Assembly: GCA_021806235.1 (NCBI GenBank) | Contig: JAJZXU010000022.1 | Coordinates: 12,606 to 76,605 of the forward strand | From: Thermoplasmata archaeon | GTDB lineage: Archaea; Thermoplasmatota; Thermoplasmata; Thermoplasmatales; Thermoplasmataceae | DNA: 64,000 nucleotides | Reading direction: 5' to 3' | Part shown: piece by piece, positions 8,741 to 18,933 of the stretch | Layout of the letters: the number at the start of each line of letters is the position of its first letter | How positions within the stretch are numbered: the stretch's first letter is position 1 | Position numbers and translations under genes: made by a program | The notes under the pieces: model-generated | Databases searched by the model: none | Seen by the model: the letters and a program-made list of their open reading frames with translations, nothing else | Told to the model about the DNA's origin: nothing

Positions 8741-11700
8741 GTCTCTCAAATGTACTCTGGTAATAGGTTCAGGACCAATAGTTATAGGGCAAGCAGCGGA
8801 ATTTGATTATTCAGGATCACAGGCATGCCTGGCATTAAAGGAAGAGGGAATAAAAACAGTTTTATTAAATTCGAATCCTGCAACAATACAGACAGATAAG
8901 GAAATAGCAGATAAAATATATATAGAGCCCATAGAGCCGGATACGGTAATAGAGATAATAAGGAAGGAAAAAATAGATTCAATACTGCCCTCAACCGGTG
9001 GGCAGGTAGGTTTAAATCTGGTTATACTGCTCGGTAAACTTGGAATTTTATCAATGTATAATATTAAGGTTCTCGGCACTCCTGTTAGTTCTATTGAAAT
9101 TGCAGAGGATAGAAATAAATTCTTTAACCTTATGAAAAAAATAAATGAGCCGATAATAGATTCATATACATTAAAAAAAGATAACTATATGGATGAAATA
9201 GGAAAAATTAAAAGGTACCCATTAATATTGAGAACAGGTTTTTCTCTGGGAGGATCAGGGGGCACAGTAATAAATGATAAAAATGAGTTATTAAAATACT
9301 GCAATGAATATTTCTCAATAAAGAATTATGACATAGAACTTGATGAATCATTGCTGGGATTAAAGGAGATAGAATATGAAATGATGAGGGATAACAATGG
9401 CAACTGTATATCAATATGCAACATGGAAAACCTTGACCCTATGGGAGTACATACCGGTGAAAGCATAGTTGTTACACCATCACTGACCCTGAGCAATGAC
9501 GATTACCAGAAATTAAGGACATCCGCAATACATATAGTAAGCGAAATTGGGGTTGTTGGTTCATGCAATATACAGTTTGCACTGAATCAGAAAACAAACG
9601 AATATTATGTCGTCGAGGTAAATCCCAGAACTTCAAGGTCATCTGCCCTGGCATCAAAGGCTTCCGGATATCCAATTGCAAGAATTTCAACAAAAATAGC
9701 TATGGGGTATAATTTAAATGAAATAAAAAATCCCATTACAAAAAATACATATGCCGCTTTTGAGCCCTCACTGGATTATATAACGGTAAAAATACCCAGA
9801 TGGCCATTTGATAAATTTTCTGTAAAAAGAGATATAGGCATAGAGATGAAATCAATAGGTGAGGCAATGGGAATCGGCAGGATATTTGAAGAGGCCCTAT
9901 TAAAATCAATATCGTCTTTAGATATTAAAAATTCAAAAACACTGAGATTGTTTACAAATAAGGATGAAACTATGGAACTGCTGGAAGGGTCAACGGATCA
10001 GAGAATATTTGCCATTTTTGAGGCACTGTTCCAGGATATTGATATGAATATTATATGTGAAAAAACCGGATATGATGATTTCTTTGTAAATAAAATGAAT
10101 AATATTGTAAACGCAATAAAAAACATAGAGATAAACAGTATAGATAATATCAGGGAATTGAAAATTCTGGGAATTTCGGATGAAACAGTATCATATTATG
10201 CAAAAATGGATATTCTGGATATAATAAAATACAGGTTCAAAAACAATATTTTGCCGGCTTATAAAAATATAGATACATGTTCTGCAGAATTTAATTCTGA
10301 TACACCGTATTTATATTCATGTTACGATGTATACAGTGATTTAAAGGTAAAAAATAGCAGGAAAATAATAATTATAGGATCCGGGCCAAACAGAATTTCA
10401 CAGGGAGTTGAATTTGATTACGGTGCGGTGAAATCTATTATCGCATTGAAAAAACTCGGTTATACATCAATAATGGTTAACAGCAATCCGGAAACTGTTT
10501 CAACGGATTTCGATGTTTCCGATATTTTATATTTTGAACCGATAACTCTAGAACATATATCCAACATTATAAAAAGGGAAAATCCCGATGGAATAATAAT
10601 ACAGTTCTCCGGGCAGACGGGACAGAACATGGCTAAGGATTTAAATGAATTATTTAATAATATAATCCTTGGAACAAAACCGGAGGACATATATAAAATA
10701 GAGGAGAGAACAATATTTTCAAGGAAATTAAGGGAATTAAATATTAAACAGCCAAACTTTATTGAAATAAATAATTTAAATGACATGGAGGAAAAAATTA
10801 TTAAAATAAAATTGCCGGTAATCATAAGGTCAAGTTTCATAATAGGCGGAAGGGCAATGGATATAATATATGATTATGATATATTATCAAAAAGGGTTAA
10901 GGAATTATTTACAGAAAGGCCCGGATACCCGATTTTAATAAGTGAATATCTGCAGGAAGCAACAGAAATAGATGTTGATTTTGTTTCAGATAAGAACAAA
11001 TCTGTACTATGTGGAATATCTGTTCACATAGAGGAAGCTGGGACACATTCCGGGGATGCTACAATGGTTTTAGGGCCAGATGCAATTGATAATAAGAAAA
11101 CGGATGAAATAGAAAAGATAGTAGAAAAAATGAGGAGTAATTTTAATCTAATAGGATTGTCAAATTTACAGATCGCAATAAAAAATGATGATATATATAT
11201 TATAGAATTAAATTCAAGATCCTCCAGATCAATACCATTTGTTTCAAAGGCAACGGATATCAACTGGGTAGAAGCTGGGATAAAGGCTATTTTTGGAAAT
11301 GACATAGATGAAAAATACATAATCCCGAAATCCCATTTCATAAAGGTGCCTGTATTCCCATTTAAGAGATTTAAGGATCTTGATGTTATACTTGGGCCAG
11401 AAATGAAATCCACCGGTGAAGCAATGTGCTGTGGCAAGACATTTAATGAATCCATGTCAAAGGTTATAAAAATTATGAAGAGGAACTTTAAATTAGAATC
11501 CGTTATAATTACAGTTAATGACAGTGATAAGGATATAGCAATAAAAATAGCCAGGGAATTAAATAAAAATAGTATAAAAATATATGCAACTCCTGGAACA
11601 TCGAAGAAATTAAATGATAGTAAAATAGAAAATATTACGGTGTACAGGATAAAGGATATGAGGTCACCGGGACTTATAGAAGCAATAAAAAATGATAATA

Positions 11701-11885
11701 TATCATTAATAATAAATACACCGTCAGAAACATACGGTTCCATGAGAGATGGGTTTGCAATAAGGGAACTGGGAATAAAGATGGATATACCTGTTATAAC
11801 AAATATAAAATTTGCAGAAAAATTAATAGATTCCATACTATCAGACAATAAAATTGAATACAGGGAATTAGCGGAATATTATTAA
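8733..11885 (+). CDS. carB: Carbamoyl-phosphate synthase large subunit
   Basis: Duplicated ATP-grasp halves: VIGSGPIVIGQAAEFDYSG and IIGSGPNRISQGVEFDYG, NPRTSRSSALASKA. MGS-like C-terminus. ATG at 8733 overlaps the carA stop (ATGATTAA). Confidence 0.95.
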   Translation: MIKSLKCTLVIGSGPIVIGQAAEFDYSGSQACLALKEEGIKTVLLNSNPATIQTDKEIADKIYIEPIEPDTVIEIIRKEKIDSILPSTGGQVGLNLVILLGKLGILSMYNIKVLGTPVSSIEIAEDRNKFFNLMKKINEPIIDSYTLKKDNYMDEIGKIKRYPLILRTGFSLGGSGGTVINDKNELLKYCNEYFSIKNYDIELDESLLGLKEIEYEMMRDNNGNCISICNMENLDPMGVHTGESIVVTPSLTLSNDDYQKLRTSAIHIVSEIGVVGSCNIQFALNQKTNEYYVVEVNPRTSRSSALASKASGYPIARISTKIAMGYNLNEIKNPITKNTYAAFEPSLDYITVKIPRWPFDKFSVKRDIGIEMKSIGEAMGIGRIFEEALLKSISSLDIKNSKTLRLFTNKDETMELLEGSTDQRIFAIFEALFQDIDMNIICEKTGYDDFFVNKMNNIVNAIKNIEINSIDNIRELKILGISDETVSYYAKMDILDIIKYRFKNNILPAYKNIDTCSAEFNSDTPYLYSCYDVYSDLKVKNSRKIIIIGSGPNRISQGVEFDYGAVKSIIALKKLGYTSIMVNSNPETVSTDFDVSDILYFEPITLEHISNIIKRENPDGIIIQFSGQTGQNMAKDLNELFNNIILGTKPEDIYKIEERTIFSRKLRELNIKQPNFIEINNLNDMEEKIIKIKLPVIIRSSFIIGGRAMDIIYDYDILSKRVKELFTERPGYPILISEYLQEATEIDVDFVSDKNKSVLCGISVHIEEAGTHSGDATMVLGPDAIDNKKTDEIEKIVEKMRSNFNLIGLSNLQIAIKNDDIYIIELNSRSSRSIPFVSKATDINWVEAGIKAIFGNDIDEKYIIPKSHFIKVPVFPFKRFKDLDVILGPEMKSTGEAMCCGKTFNESMSKVIKIMKRNFKLESVIITVNDSDKDIAIKIARELNKNSIKIYATPGTSKKLNDSKIENITVYRIKDMRSPGLIEAIKNDNISLIINTPSETYGSMRDGFAIRELGIKMDIPVITNIKFAEKLIDSILSDNKIEYRELAEYY

Positions 11886-12814
11886 AAATTATTTTTATAC
11901 TTTTCGAGATTTTGAATTCTTTTTGCGGGATGTGGATGGTCTGAAAATAATGATCTCGGTGCCTTCATTGTCTTTAATTTTTCTATAGTGTCATCTATAT
12001 CATCAAAGAAATCTGTTTTAAAATTATTATCTGAAAACATTAACATATCATTTATTGAACGTTTTTTATTTCTCCCATAATTTTGTGTATCTTTTGTTAA
12101 TTTCGCCAGGCTTCTCTGCAGATTGTATGCACCACCGGGTACTGTCTTTGCAGAATTCACATCAGCATATGATTCCCTTATTCTATTTACACCTAATATC
12201 ATTATATTAAACACAAAACTCAGTGCAAATAATAACACTGCAATTAAAAGGAAATTTCCACTTTTTCTTGATCCAAAACCGGAAAATAGAGTTCCATAGG
12301 CCATATAGAATATCAATGTGGGTATCAGGCCTATAGCCATCAGTAATTCCATGTCGTGATGCCTGATGTGGCCAATTTCGTGGCCTGTTACTGCTAACAA
12401 TTCATCATGGTTTAACGTGTTTAATATGCTCTTCGTAAATGCTATTCTTTTTCCGGTTAATGGAGAACCGTAGGCAAATGCATTCGGTGATCCGTTTAAT
12501 GCTACATATATTTCCGGAATTTTGTGTATATTATTGTAATTGCATGCTTCCCTTACAATATCAAACAGCTCAGGGTATTCCGACTCAGCTGCTTTTTTTA
12601 ATTTAAACGTTAACCCGACCAGATATGGGCTTAATAACCACTGAACCATATCAATGAAGAGCATTATAATTAATAGCAGGTAAATTAATGATGATGTTAC
12701 TGTTATTCCATACAGATAAACAAGAACACCGGCTACAACAAAGGCAAAGATCAATGCTATTGCCATCCCCACAAGTACAGTTATAAATCTTAATTTGAAT
12801 GCATATGTATCCAT
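11882..12814 (-). CDS. htpX: HtpX-like M48 zinc metalloprotease (membrane)
   Basis: HEIGHIRHHD zinc motif, four hydrophobic segments, SDHPHPAKR tail. Confidence 0.85.
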   Translation of the reverse strand: MDTYAFKLRFITVLVGMAIALIFAFVVAGVLVYLYGITVTSSLIYLLLIIMLFIDMVQWLLSPYLVGLTFKLKKAAESEYPELFDIVREACNYNNIHKIPEIYVALNGSPNAFAYGSPLTGKRIAFTKSILNTLNHDELLAVTGHEIGHIRHHDMELLMAIGLIPTLIFYMAYGTLFSGFGSRKSGNFLLIAVLLFALSFVFNIMILGVNRIRESYADVNSAKTVPGGAYNLQRSLAKLTKDTQNYGRNKKRSINDMLMFSDNNFKTDFFDDIDDTIEKLKTMKAPRSLFSDHPHPAKRIQNLEKYKNNF

Positions 12815-12916
12815 AATACCATGATTGCAAAATACAGATTTAAATATTGTTAAATAATGATTGGTATCTAATATTAAATCCTAAAAAAATATTAACGGTA
12901 TTATAATTGCCATTAA

Positions 12917-13558
12917 ATGAAGGATTTTGAAATAATTTATAAAAAGGTTAAAAAAATGGCACCCGAACATCATTTTGAATTCAAAAATGACCCGTTCTGG
13001 ATACTGATAACAACAATATTATCACATAGAACAAAGGATAAAACAACCGATGAAGCAGCAAGGTCATTATACAATATATACAAAGATTCGTATGGGCTTG
13101 AAAATGCGGATGCCGGTGACATAAAAAAGATAATAAAAAACGTTGGATTCAGCAATGTAAAATCAAAAAGATTGATAGAGGTATCAAAAATAATAAATCA
13201 TGATTACGGTGGAAAGGTTCCGGACAGTCATGATGAACTGATAAAAATACCGGGAGTTGGCAGTAAAACGGCAAACATTGTTTTAACACAGGGCTATAAT
13301 ATACCCGCAATAGCTGTTGATACACATGTTTTCAGAATATCAAACCGTATAGGGCTTGTAAAAACAAAAACCCCCGATGAAACTGAGGAAGCCCTAAAGA
13401 AGATAATACCGGTAAAAGATCAGATAGAATTTAATCCTGTATTTGTGGAATTTGGAAAGAATATATGTAAACCTGTATCCCCAAAATGCAATGTGTGTTT
13501 ATTAACAAGATGCTGTGATTATTATATAAATGGTATGGAAATAAAAAACAAAAAATAG
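12917..13558 (+). CDS. nth: Endonuclease III (HhH-GPD DNA glycosylase/AP lyase)
   Basis: ILSHRTKD, helix-hairpin-helix IPGVGSKTANIVL, VDTHV, Fe-S loop CKPVSPKCNVCLLTRCC. Confidence 0.9.
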   Translation: MKDFEIIYKKVKKMAPEHHFEFKNDPFWILITTILSHRTKDKTTDEAARSLYNIYKDSYGLENADAGDIKKIIKNVGFSNVKSKRLIEVSKIINHDYGGKVPDSHDELIKIPGVGSKTANIVLTQGYNIPAIAVDTHVFRISNRIGLVKTKTPDETEEALKKIIPVKDQIEFNPVFVEFGKNICKPVSPKCNVCLLTRCCDYYINGMEIKNKK

Positions 13559-13577
13559 ATATATTAATGTGTCTTCT

Positions 13578-13793
13578 ATGGTTATGGAGTTGAAAGTCAA
13601 TAGCGAGATGGATGTTGATAGGAGTCTCTGCAATTACTGTGGTGCATGTGTTGGTATGTGCCCAACAGATGCAATTTTTATGGATGAGACTGTTATTGAT
13701 ATCAATGAAGAAAAATGCATAAAATGTGGTTTTTGTGTTGTGGGATGCCCTACAGCTGCAATTTCAGCGGAGTGGTTCCATGCTAAATTATGA
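13578..13793 (+). CDS. 2x[4Fe-4S] ferredoxin
   Basis: CNYCGACVGMCP and CIKCGFCVVGCP. The track start is GTG 13569; ATGs are at 13578 and 13584. Confidence 0.8.
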   Translation: MVMELKVNSEMDVDRSLCNYCGACVGMCPTDAIFMDETVIDINEEKCIKCGFCVVGCPTAAISAEWFHAKL

Positions 13794-14970
13794 TGTTTTG
13801 GTAATAGGCGCAGGTCCCGCAGGGAGTTCTGCGGCAAGATATGCTTCAAGATATGGTTTAAAAACTTTATTAATAGAGAAAAGGCCAGATATAGGGTCAC
13901 CTGTAAGATGCGGTGAGGGTGTTTCAAAATCATGGATGCCGGAGGTGGATTTAAAACCTGACCCACACTGGATATCGGTTGAGGTTAAGGGTGCGAGAAT
14001 ATATGGACCATCCGAGAGGAACCCTATAATGTTAACCGCGGAAAATGCTGGAAACGAAGTTGGATATGTTATAGAAAGGGATAAATTCGATAAACACGTT
14101 GCAGCTTTAGCAGCATCCGAGGGTTCAGATATATGGGTTAAATCACCTGCGGTTGGTATTATAAAGGAAGGAAATAGAATTGTGGGTGCCAGAATAAGGC
14201 ATAATGCAGAAATAGTTGATGTAAAAGCTAAAATAGTAATAGCAGCGGATGGCTTTGAAAGTGAGTTCGGAAGATGGGCTGGATTAAAATCATTAATTTT
14301 AGCAAAAAACGATATAATATCCGCAATAGAATACAGAATGATAAATGTTGATTCAAATGAAGATTATACAGATTTTTATCTGGGGTCAATAGCACCTGCC
14401 GGTTATTTATGGGTATTCCCTAAGGGTCCCCATGAGGCTAACGTCGGTATAGGGGTAACAATATCAAGAATGAAAGATCGCTGGGATGTTAAAAACTATC
14501 TGGATAACTGGATAAATTCACATCCGGGATACAAAAAAGGTAAAATAATACAGGAAATAACAGGTGGCGTTTCGGTAAATAAGGTAAGGGATAAAATGAC
14601 ATTGCCTGGACTGATGGTCATAGGTGATGCTGCAAGATTAATAGACCCTATAACCGGTGGTGGTATAGCAAATGGTTTAATATCAGGAAAATATGCGGCA
14701 CAGGTTGCAAAAAAGGCAATAGATGCGAATGATTTTTCAGAAGAAATGCTGAGAAATTATGAGCTAATGGTAAAGGAAAAGCTTGAAAGAAAACATTTAA
14801 GAAACTGGTTTGCAAAGGAAAAATTGGGTACATTATCAGATGATACCCTGGATAAATTGATTGATGTTGTATCCGGTGTTAGAATAAATGAAATATCTGT
14901 TGAAAAAATACTGAAAGCTGTCCAGGTAAAATATCCTGAACTTGTAGAACAGTTAGAAGATTTAATTTAA
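13780..14970 (+). CDS. Digeranylgeranylglycerophospholipid (geranylgeranyl) reductase
   Basis: MLNYDVLVIGAGPAGSSAARY FAD fold, RCGEG, GDAARLIDPITGGGI. True start taken at ATG 13780; the track's 13726 start would run through the ferredoxin gene. 14-nt overlap with the ferredoxin. Confidence 0.85.
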   Translation: MLNYDVLVIGAGPAGSSAARYASRYGLKTLLIEKRPDIGSPVRCGEGVSKSWMPEVDLKPDPHWISVEVKGARIYGPSERNPIMLTAENAGNEVGYVIERDKFDKHVAALAASEGSDIWVKSPAVGIIKEGNRIVGARIRHNAEIVDVKAKIVIAADGFESEFGRWAGLKSLILAKNDIISAIEYRMINVDSNEDYTDFYLGSIAPAGYLWVFPKGPHEANVGIGVTISRMKDRWDVKNYLDNWINSHPGYKKGKIIQEITGGVSVNKVRDKMTLPGLMVIGDAARLIDPITGGGIANGLISGKYAAQVAKKAIDANDFSEEMLRNYELMVKEKLERKHLRNWFAKEKLGTLSDDTLDKLIDVVSGVRINEISVEKILKAVQVKYPELVEQLEDLI

Positions 14971-15079
14971 AGTAAATTTTTATTATATTATTATTTTTTA
15001 ACTTATTTGAATGGGATTATAAATAAATTATTAAATATAACCATAAATCCAGAGCTGTGAAATGAATGTTGTTATGAAT

Positions 15080-16450
15080 TTATTTCGTATCTAAACCCAT
15101 GTTATCCAGGCCAAAATCCCCACCCTTTATCTGTGATTTTAACAGTTTTCTGAAATTCCTGTTGCCTTTCATCATTTTCAGATTGTTCTTCATTCCGCGG
15201 TATTCTTTTAATAATTCACGGACGCTTGCTTCTCCCCTGCCTGATCCCATTGCCACCCTTTTTATCCTTTTTGCATTCAATAAATCGGGATTTTCTAATT
15301 CATCAAATGTCATTGAATCTAATACAACCCTGTATAACTTTAATTTTACATCGGCCTGGTCTATCTGCGATTCATTTATCTTATTCCCACCAGGAAGTTT
15401 AGTTAATGGTAAGGAACCAAATATTTTTTTTAATAGACCGGGTTTAGAAAACTTCTCCCAGACATCATACATATCCATTAAATTGAATTTGCCAGACATC
15501 AATTTTTCCAGGGATTCCTCCGCCTCTTCCTCTGTGAGGTTTGTTTCCTTAACGGCCTCCATCAGGGCATCAATATCACCCATACCCAGTAATCTTGATA
15601 GGAATTTTTTTGGGTTGAATATTTCAAGGTCATCCACATGCTCGCCTGTACCTATAAAATAAACCGGGGATTTTATATCAGCAACTGCACTTAAGGCACC
15701 TCCAGCCTTTCCGGTACCGTCCATTTTGGTAATTATAACACCATTTATATTTACCGCATTGTTTAGTGCTGCAGCCTGCGGACCTGCCTGCTGACCAAGT
15801 GTTGCATCTATAACAAACAACACATTATCTGGCTTTATTTTCTCCTTTATTTCCTTAACCTCGTTGATTAATTCATCATCAAGGGAATCCCTGCCACTGG
15901 TATCTATAATTTTTATTTTTGTATCCAGTTCCTTTATACCATTTTTAACTATTTTTAATGCGCTTTTTTCGCCCTTCTCACCATAAAATTTTGAATTTAT
16001 ACCCTTTGATATCTGGTACAGTTGTTCATATGCACCGGGCCTGTGGACATCAGCTGCTATTAAACCCGCAGAAAAACCTTTTTTCATAAACAGTTTCGCT
16101 AATTTGCCTGCTGTTGTTGTTTTTCCATTACCATATAAACCCACAAGCATTATTGTCTGCGGTTTCAGTTCAAAATTTGCATTCTCTCCAAGAATTTTTA
16201 ATAATTCATCATAGATAATCCTTATAATATAGTCCTGATTTGTCATGCCTGCAGGTGGTTTTTCATTTAACGCCCTTTCCTGAACGGTATTTGTTAATTT
16301 TAAAACAAGCTTTACATTTACATCTGCCTTTAATAAAGCCCTTTGAATGTCCTTAGTAACCTCCTTTATGGTATCCTTATCTATATAACTTGCACCTGAT
16401 ACTTTTCGTATTATACCCTTTAATGAATCTGATAAACTTTCAAGAGCCAT
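15080..16450 (-). CDS. srp54: Signal recognition particle protein SRP54
   Basis: GLYGNGKTTTAGKLA, DTSGR, TKMDG, Met-rich M domain. Confidence 0.95.
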   Translation of the reverse strand: MALESLSDSLKGIIRKVSGASYIDKDTIKEVTKDIQRALLKADVNVKLVLKLTNTVQERALNEKPPAGMTNQDYIIRIIYDELLKILGENANFELKPQTIMLVGLYGNGKTTTAGKLAKLFMKKGFSAGLIAADVHRPGAYEQLYQISKGINSKFYGEKGEKSALKIVKNGIKELDTKIKIIDTSGRDSLDDELINEVKEIKEKIKPDNVLFVIDATLGQQAGPQAAALNNAVNINGVIITKMDGTGKAGGALSAVADIKSPVYFIGTGEHVDDLEIFNPKKFLSRLLGMGDIDALMEAVKETNLTEEEAEESLEKLMSGKFNLMDMYDVWEKFSKPGLLKKIFGSLPLTKLPGGNKINESQIDQADVKLKLYRVVLDSMTFDELENPDLLNAKRIKRVAMGSGRGEASVRELLKEYRGMKNNLKMMKGNRNFRKLLKSQIKGGDFGLDNMGLDTK

Positions 16451-16499
16451 AATTAAACATTTAAAAATAATATTTAGTTTTATCTAATTTACAAAGATG

Positions 16500-16805
16500 T
16501 TAGTATTCTCTCCATCTGTATCCACATGATTCACAGGTATAGAATTTTGTTTCTGGCTCATCGGCCGACCTTGTTTGCTTTAATAGATAGTATGCACCGG
16601 TATGGTGGCATTTAGGGCATACGGCATCGCTATCCAGTGGTTCTGCACTAACCTCCTTTGCAACCATTACAATCTCCTTATCCGAACTCCGTGATGTTAT
16701 CCTCTGACTTGTAACAGCCTCCTTTAAAACTTTATATCCACAACTATTACATACATATTTATCTTTATTTGGAGTCATTAATGAACCACACTTAGGACAG
16801 AACAT
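16500..16805 (-). CDS. tfs: Transcription factor S (TFIIS / RpoM-like)
   Basis: N-terminal Zn ribbon CPKCGS...CNSCG. C-terminal TFIIS ribbon CPKCHH...QTRSADEPETKFYTCESCGYRW. Confidence 0.85.
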   Translation of the reverse strand: MFCPKCGSLMTPNKDKYVCNSCGYKVLKEAVTSQRITSRSSDKEIVMVAKEVSAEPLDSDAVCPKCHHTGAYYLLKQTRSADEPETKFYTCESCGYRWREY

Positions 16806-16872
16806 TAGTCAGTATTACAGAAAAATATTTAAATTTATTTAGATAGAAGGTTTAAATAAAAATTGCCCATAT

Positions 16873-17274
16873 ATGGGTATGGATATAAAATATATATTGA
16901 AAAATTATAAGAACATAGCAGTTGTTGGATTATCCGATAAACCTGACAGGTATAGCTATCTGGTTGCCGACTATTTATTAAGAAATGGATATAATATTAT
17001 ACCGGTAAATCCAAACATAGAAGAATGGCAGGGAATTAAAGTATATAAGAATATAAAATCAATAGATAGAAATATTGATGTGGTAGATATATTCAGAAAA
17101 CCCGAATTTATTCCAGAAATAGTCAATGAAGCAATTGGAAAATCAAAAGTTATATGGATGCAGGAGGGAATAATAAATGATGAGGCAAAAGATATTGCAG
17201 AAAAAAATAATATGTATGTTATAATGGATAAATGCATGAAAAAGGAACATGAAAAATTAAATAAAGGTAATTGA
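16873..17274 (+). CDS. CoA-binding domain protein (YccU/YneT-like)
   Basis: NIAVVGLSDKPDRYSYLVADYLLRNGYNIIPVNP, DVVDIFR. Confidence 0.75.
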   Translation: MGMDIKYILKNYKNIAVVGLSDKPDRYSYLVADYLLRNGYNIIPVNPNIEEWQGIKVYKNIKSIDRNIDVVDIFRKPEFIPEIVNEAIGKSKVIWMQEGIINDEAKDIAEKNNMYVIMDKCMKKEHEKLNKGN

Positions 17275-17285
17275 TACACAATAAA

Positions 17286-17369
17286 GCTGGGATAGCCTAG
17301 CCTGGTAAGACGGTAGATTCGAAATCTACTGCTAGAAATAGCTCGGGAGTTCAAATCTCCCTCCCAGCG
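17286..17369 (+). tRNA. tRNA-Ser (anticodon CGA), class II with long variable arm, no encoded CCA
   Basis: Folded by hand: acceptor GCUGGGA/UCCCAGC, anticodon stem GUAGA/UCUAC, loop UUCGAAA, 15-nt variable arm, T arm GGGAG-UUCAAAU-CUCCC, discriminator G. Confidence 0.9.
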
Positions 17370-17385
17370 CTCAAAAAATATAAAA

Positions 17386-17886
17386 ATGATAAGACAATGT
17401 CATACCATGAAATTATTAACACACTACATATTTTCAACTGGCCTGCTGGCATTCATAGGATCACTATTTTCTGGGAATTTTGGTTTGTTTATTTCAGCAT
17501 TTATAATATCAGTAATCTCAAATTACATAATAGACCGGTTCGGGCATAAAATAAGAAATGGATTTTATACAAGAACAAAAAGGACACATTCTATCAATAA
17601 CAGCATCATGATTGGTTTGATGCCTGCATTTGCTTTAATGTTTGCCCTTGATATATATCATAGTATTATAATAAACAGTGAAATAATTGCAGTATTCTAT
17701 CAGGGATTTTTTGCAGGGCCTTCACATTTGTTTCTGGATGCATTTACATGTAATGGAATATTTATAAAAAGTGGAAATAAATTTAAAAGATTTACCTTTC
17801 TGCATTTAAAATATAATAATAAGGCAGTAAATTATTTATTTATTTTCTTGGGGTTATTATTTATAATTGCTTCAATAAATTTATAA
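17386..17886 (+). CDS. Membrane protein, YdjM/DUF457- or DUF1286-like putative metal-dependent hydrolase
   Basis: Four hydrophobic segments. His/Asp pattern THY..., DRFGH, RTHS, SHLFLDAFT. Start probably M8 (17407). Confidence 0.5.
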   Translation: MIRQCHTMKLLTHYIFSTGLLAFIGSLFSGNFGLFISAFIISVISNYIIDRFGHKIRNGFYTRTKRTHSINNSIMIGLMPAFALMFALDIYHSIIINSEIIAVFYQGFFAGPSHLFLDAFTCNGIFIKSGNKFKRFTFLHLKYNNKAVNYLFIFLGLLFIIASINL

Positions 17887-18840
17887 TGATATTTTACCTG
17901 GTATTTTTGGAAATGGCGATACATCCTCTATCCTTTTAACACCACAGATAAATCTTGTGAATCTTTCAATCCCTATACCAAATCCTGTTGATAATTTTAT
18001 TCCGTGTTTAGCCAGTTCTATGAACCATTTAAACTGTTCTTCTGTCTGGTCTTTTTTGTGTATTCTTTCAAGTATTTTTGATAATTCGAATTCCCTTTCT
18101 CCACCTGATGATGCCTCCTGATAGCCCTCAGGATATATTAAATCCATATCCCTTAATATGCCGGGTTTATCTGGATATTCCCGATCATAGAACTCTCTTT
18201 CCCCTAACGGTATATCTATTAACCACACGGGTGATTTTGCTTCCAGTGACAGCTTTTTCTCAAAATCCCTGCCATATTTCTTCTCTGCATAGGCATATGT
18301 TATTTTATCAAATGGTTTTTTATAATCCGGTAGTTCCCTGTGGAAATACTTTAATTCTTCTGGATGCTCCTTCTTTATTCTGTCTATTGTGTATATAATT
18401 AAATCCTCTGCCAGATCCATCATTTCCTCCCGCGATTTATCCAAAGCCTCTACATCTATCTGTGAAAATTCATACAGATGCCTGCCGGTGGCTGATCTTT
18501 CTTCCTGTTCCAGCCTTATGTTGGGAGACATTATAAAGATCTTTTTTAATTCCTGCACGGCTATTTGCTTATGGAATATCATACTTTTTGTAATCCACAT
18601 ATCACCACCATATGCATGTATTCTTGGATCATATACTGGATGGTTTAATGGGTCTGTTAACGGCGAAATTATAATGGGTGGTATTTCAATATACCCCCGG
18701 GATCTTAAGAAATCCATTACATATTCCCTTACATAGCCCTGAGTAACTATCGCATGCTTAACCCTTTCATCTGAGAGATGCTTTATTGAACTCTCTATTT
18801 CACTTACAACATATTCTTCTTTTTGATTGACTGTTTCCAT
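17881..18840 (-). CDS. AsnRS-like class II core without anticodon-binding domain (archaeal asparagine synthetase A-type paralogue)
   Basis: 319 aa. Class II motif 2 is RHLYEFSQIDVE and motif 3 is STGFGIGIERFTRFICG. There is no N-terminal OB domain. Confidence 0.7.
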   Translation of the reverse strand: METVNQKEEYVVSEIESSIKHLSDERVKHAIVTQGYVREYVMDFLRSRGYIEIPPIIISPLTDPLNHPVYDPRIHAYGGDMWITKSMIFHKQIAVQELKKIFIMSPNIRLEQEERSATGRHLYEFSQIDVEALDKSREEMMDLAEDLIIYTIDRIKKEHPEELKYFHRELPDYKKPFDKITYAYAEKKYGRDFEKKLSLEAKSPVWLIDIPLGEREFYDREYPDKPGILRDMDLIYPEGYQEASSGGEREFELSKILERIHKKDQTEEQFKWFIELAKHGIKLSTGFGIGIERFTRFICGVKRIEDVSPFPKIPGKISL

Positions 18841-18933
18841 AATTATATAATTATACCGCTATTTATAAATTTTCTATACGCTTTTGTGTTATTAAAACAA
18901 ACCTTTTATATACTTACATGTCATTTTGATTTT

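Noticed and set aside
11024-11848. 274-aa ORF antisense to carB. Similar long antisense ORFs occur at 10460-10840, 15099-15662, 20543-21010, 26446-26942, 39632-40096, 51882-52355, 52614-53234 and 55507-55914.
   Set aside because: All lie fully inside strongly supported genes on the opposite strand. Their translations are low-complexity Ser/Ile/Phe/Leu-rich strings, typical of shadow frames in AT-rich coding DNA.
13726-13779. Longer N-terminal extension of geranylgeranyl reductase from the track start
   Set aside because: The extension lies within the ferredoxin gene in another frame. The canonical FAD-binding N-terminus begins at ATG 13780.
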